DNA from: Trichodelitschia bisporula | Lineage: Eukaryota | DNA length: 21,896 bases | Assembly (NCBI GenBank): GCA_010356995.1 | Contig: ML996693.1 | Coordinates: 1,240,001-1,261,896, forward strand | Direction of reading: 5' to 3' | Shown here: in pieces, positions 19,748 to 21,896 of the stretch | Layout: each line of letters opens with the position of its first letter | Numbering within the stretch: the first letter of the stretch is position 1 | Made by a program: the position numbers and the translations under genes | Notes under the pieces: generated by a model | Databases searched by the model: none | Seen by the model: the letters and a program-made list of their open reading frames with translations, nothing else | What the model was told of the DNA's origin: nothing

Positions 19748-20917
19748 GCTAGGCAGGTAGCGCTTGATCGCGGGAGGCTCGGCGGGGGTGACCTCGTGGG
19801 CTCTCGGTGAGGTAAAGGGATTGCGCAGCTTGTTGGAGCGGAAGAGGGATGAAGGATTGGTAAATCGTTTGCGTGAGGATTGGCAATGTGCGGAATCGGA
19901 GGTGGGCTAGTGTTGGTGGGGCGCGGGAAGAGAGGAGGAAACGGGTGAATGGTGAAGGACAAGCGGAGAACTCGAATGCTGTTTTTGTTTCCCATTGGTT
20001 GCTAGCCGACTACTAGCACCATGATTGGCCATCCAAGGGTTGAGGATGTTATCTGTCATGGTGTTGGTGTTGATGTCGTCGGGATGAAACAGGTCCAACA
20101 CCATGCAACACCAACAACACGCCGTATCCTACAACACCCCGCACCACAACGCAGTATCAGAGTTCAGCGGCATCGTTCAGCAAGATAGCACAGTATACAT
20201 AGAGCATGGACACTCACATTGTTGCAATGGCCTTGCGTCATCTCCCAACTCCGGCGGTGGCCGACGGCTCGTGGGCGGACGTAAAGCTGCCCTTCCTTTG
20301 CGCAAGGATGCGGGAATCGGATGCGCAATACGATGCTTGCACTGAGGCGTTTGAGCGCTCAGTAACATTTGAACTGGCTGGCGCATTGATGCCGTACAGG
20401 AAATCCTCCTTTGCTGGCGGCGGCGATCTGGCGACCCCAGGATCGTTCATACCCGCCGTGCCCGCGTGCCTGCATGTCTGTGCGGACGTTCAGTCACACG
20501 CTTTGGCCAGTACGCCCCACTTCACCCAAAATTCGGCCGCCTTCGGCATATCCAAACGGTGGGGCGTATGAGAATACAACATTTCCCCTTGAGAGGGTGT
20601 GCCTCTGCTGTTTTACCAACGCAGTCCTATATCTCCAGCTTCTCAACCTCACATCCGATTAATCACTCGCGCGTTGTCAGGGCGAGCTTCTCGCTTCCCC
20701 TTCCATCCCCTTACGCAGTACAGGCGAGCCGTGTCAATATTACGGTACGTACACCAGCTTCGCGCCCCGTTTCCACGATCGTGATGTCCGTTGCGCGTTG
20801 CAGGTATCGATAAGGTTACGCCCTTTGCGCCCCCGGAGGTAGGTACGAAGATCTAAATTCGTGTTCTAAATTTACGTGACTCAGCATAGTCACCAGCTTC
20901 CTCTCGCCTCCGTTGTC

Positions 20918-21102
20918 CAGTTACCCAAAACTCAGCCAGCTGCCCGGCACCCAGTTACCCGGTATATAGCTAGTTACCCGGCATTTAGATAGTTACCCGG
21001 CACTCAAGAAGTTACCCGGTATTCCAAAGGTTACCCGGCATTAATGGAGTTACCCGACGTTGGGGAAGTTACCCCGGAGGAATTTACCCAACATTAGGGT
21101 AA
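20918..21102 (+). repeat. Phased array of 10 copies of an (A)GTTACCCGGYA core with variable spacers, mostly 19-bp period
   Basis: Cores start at 20920, 20939 (degenerate GCTGCCCGG), 20954, 20973, 20992, 21011, 21030, 21049, 21068 and 21083 (spacings 19,15,19,19,19,19,19,19,15); an inverted GGGTAA follows at 21097-21102. Confidence 0.92.
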
Positions 21103-21422
21103 GTGGCCGGTATTCGGTTGTCGTGGGAGACCAATGCCGGGCCTTAACCTTATTGGCTCCCGCGACCTTCCCCCGCGGCTGCTGTCACGTCACCCCAGCC
21201 TTCCCGCACCCCGCTGTGCCTTAGGCAGACGGCAGCGCGATCTGCTCAAGAGTCTGGCGGCTCGCTCTTCAGATAGATCTTTGTGGAAGTAACTTGTTTA
21301 TGCCTGCACCATACCCATCGTGACTTCCACACTTTTGCACGCCCCGGACACGTTACTTCCACTAACCGCCTGTGGTTGGAACCCGGAAAGTCCCCCACGG
21401 TCAGTCTAAACATGCCTTCTTC

Positions 21423-21634
21423 CCTCGGCGGGTCCCAGGACCGTCGTCTTCAGTGACCTTTTCCGAGTCGCTGCCGCAGGCGATGGTCTGACCCCAACGC
21501 CGAACCAGTGACAGTGTCACTGCCTTGCCTTCCTCGGCGGGTCCTATGACCGTCGCCTTCAGTGACGTTTTCCGAGTCGCTGCCGCAGGCGATGGTCTGA
21601 CCCCAACGCCGAACCAGTGACAGTGTCACTGCCT
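21423..21634 (+). repeat. Two-copy direct repeat, 109-bp period, each copy with the palindrome CAGTGACA-G-TGTCACTG
   Basis: Copies start at 21423 and 21532 (CCTCGGCGGGTCC...); four substitutions seen over ~100 bp; palindromes at 21506-21522 and 21615-21631. Confidence 0.93.
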
Positions 21635-21647
21635 GCCTCTCATTCGG

Positions 21648-21896
21648 ATGGCTCTTGACGAGCCAACTACCCAGAGCTTTTAATAATGAATACATACGAT
21701 ATCTGGCCTGTATTGGATTAGTATCACTTACAGGCTACTCGGTAATACATACTTGATACTATCATGATATATCAACAATCCGTGTCACATGATTCATCAC
21801 GTGAGCTCTGCGGAGCACCTTTACCCTCACCATCATCACCAGCTACGAAGATGCTCGAGATCAGGCCTGTACGCTGCCAGCTAACCATACACTCAG
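21648..21896 (+). pseudogene. Possible degenerate ORF running off the right edge
   Basis: ATG 21648 gives MALDEPTTQSF; after a 1-nt shift the frame reads NNEYIRYLACIGLVSLTGYSVIHT*YYHDISTIRVT*FIT*ALRSTFTLTIITSYEDARDQACTLPANHTL. All three stops in the shifted frame are TGA; the region is locally AT-rich. Confidence 0.25.

Noticed and set aside
20918..21102. CRISPR array interpretation of the repeat-spacer pattern
   Set aside because: Repeats (~12 nt) and spacers (~7 nt) are far too short, the context is a fungal nuclear genome, and no cas genes are present.
21084..21102. Telomere or interstitial telomeric tract
   Set aside because: Only one TTAGGG; the array core is TTACCC, not tandem TAACCC.

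Overview
Eukaryotic DNA from a filamentous ascomycete (Pezizomycotina-type genes, GC-rich, very short spliceosomal introns with CTRAC-type branch points), so the six-frame ORF track fragments most genes; gene models below were spliced by hand. The first ~9.8 kb holds conserved genes: a Zn2Cys6 transcription factor (runs off the left edge), NPR3, SGT2, TMA20/MCT-1 and an omega-like glutathione S-transferase with a GC-AG intron. From ~10 to ~17.6 kb lies an accessory-looking, decaying segment: a broken trypsin-fold-like ORF with a G26 run, then a very tightly packed trio of an MFS (Dal5/Tna1-type) transporter, an EthD-like protein and a pseudogenised SDR whose stop codon directly abuts the EthD stop. 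An intact AzgA purine transporter follows, with GATA and UaY/Ppr1-like sites upstream. The last ~1 kb is the most unusual part: a 10-copy phased array of a GTTACCCGG core (mostly 19-bp spacing, variable spacers), a 109-bp tandem duplication carrying a palindrome, and a degenerate ORF; together these could be the end of an unrecognised mobile element or a protein-binding array. No database searches were run; family calls come from motif recognition.
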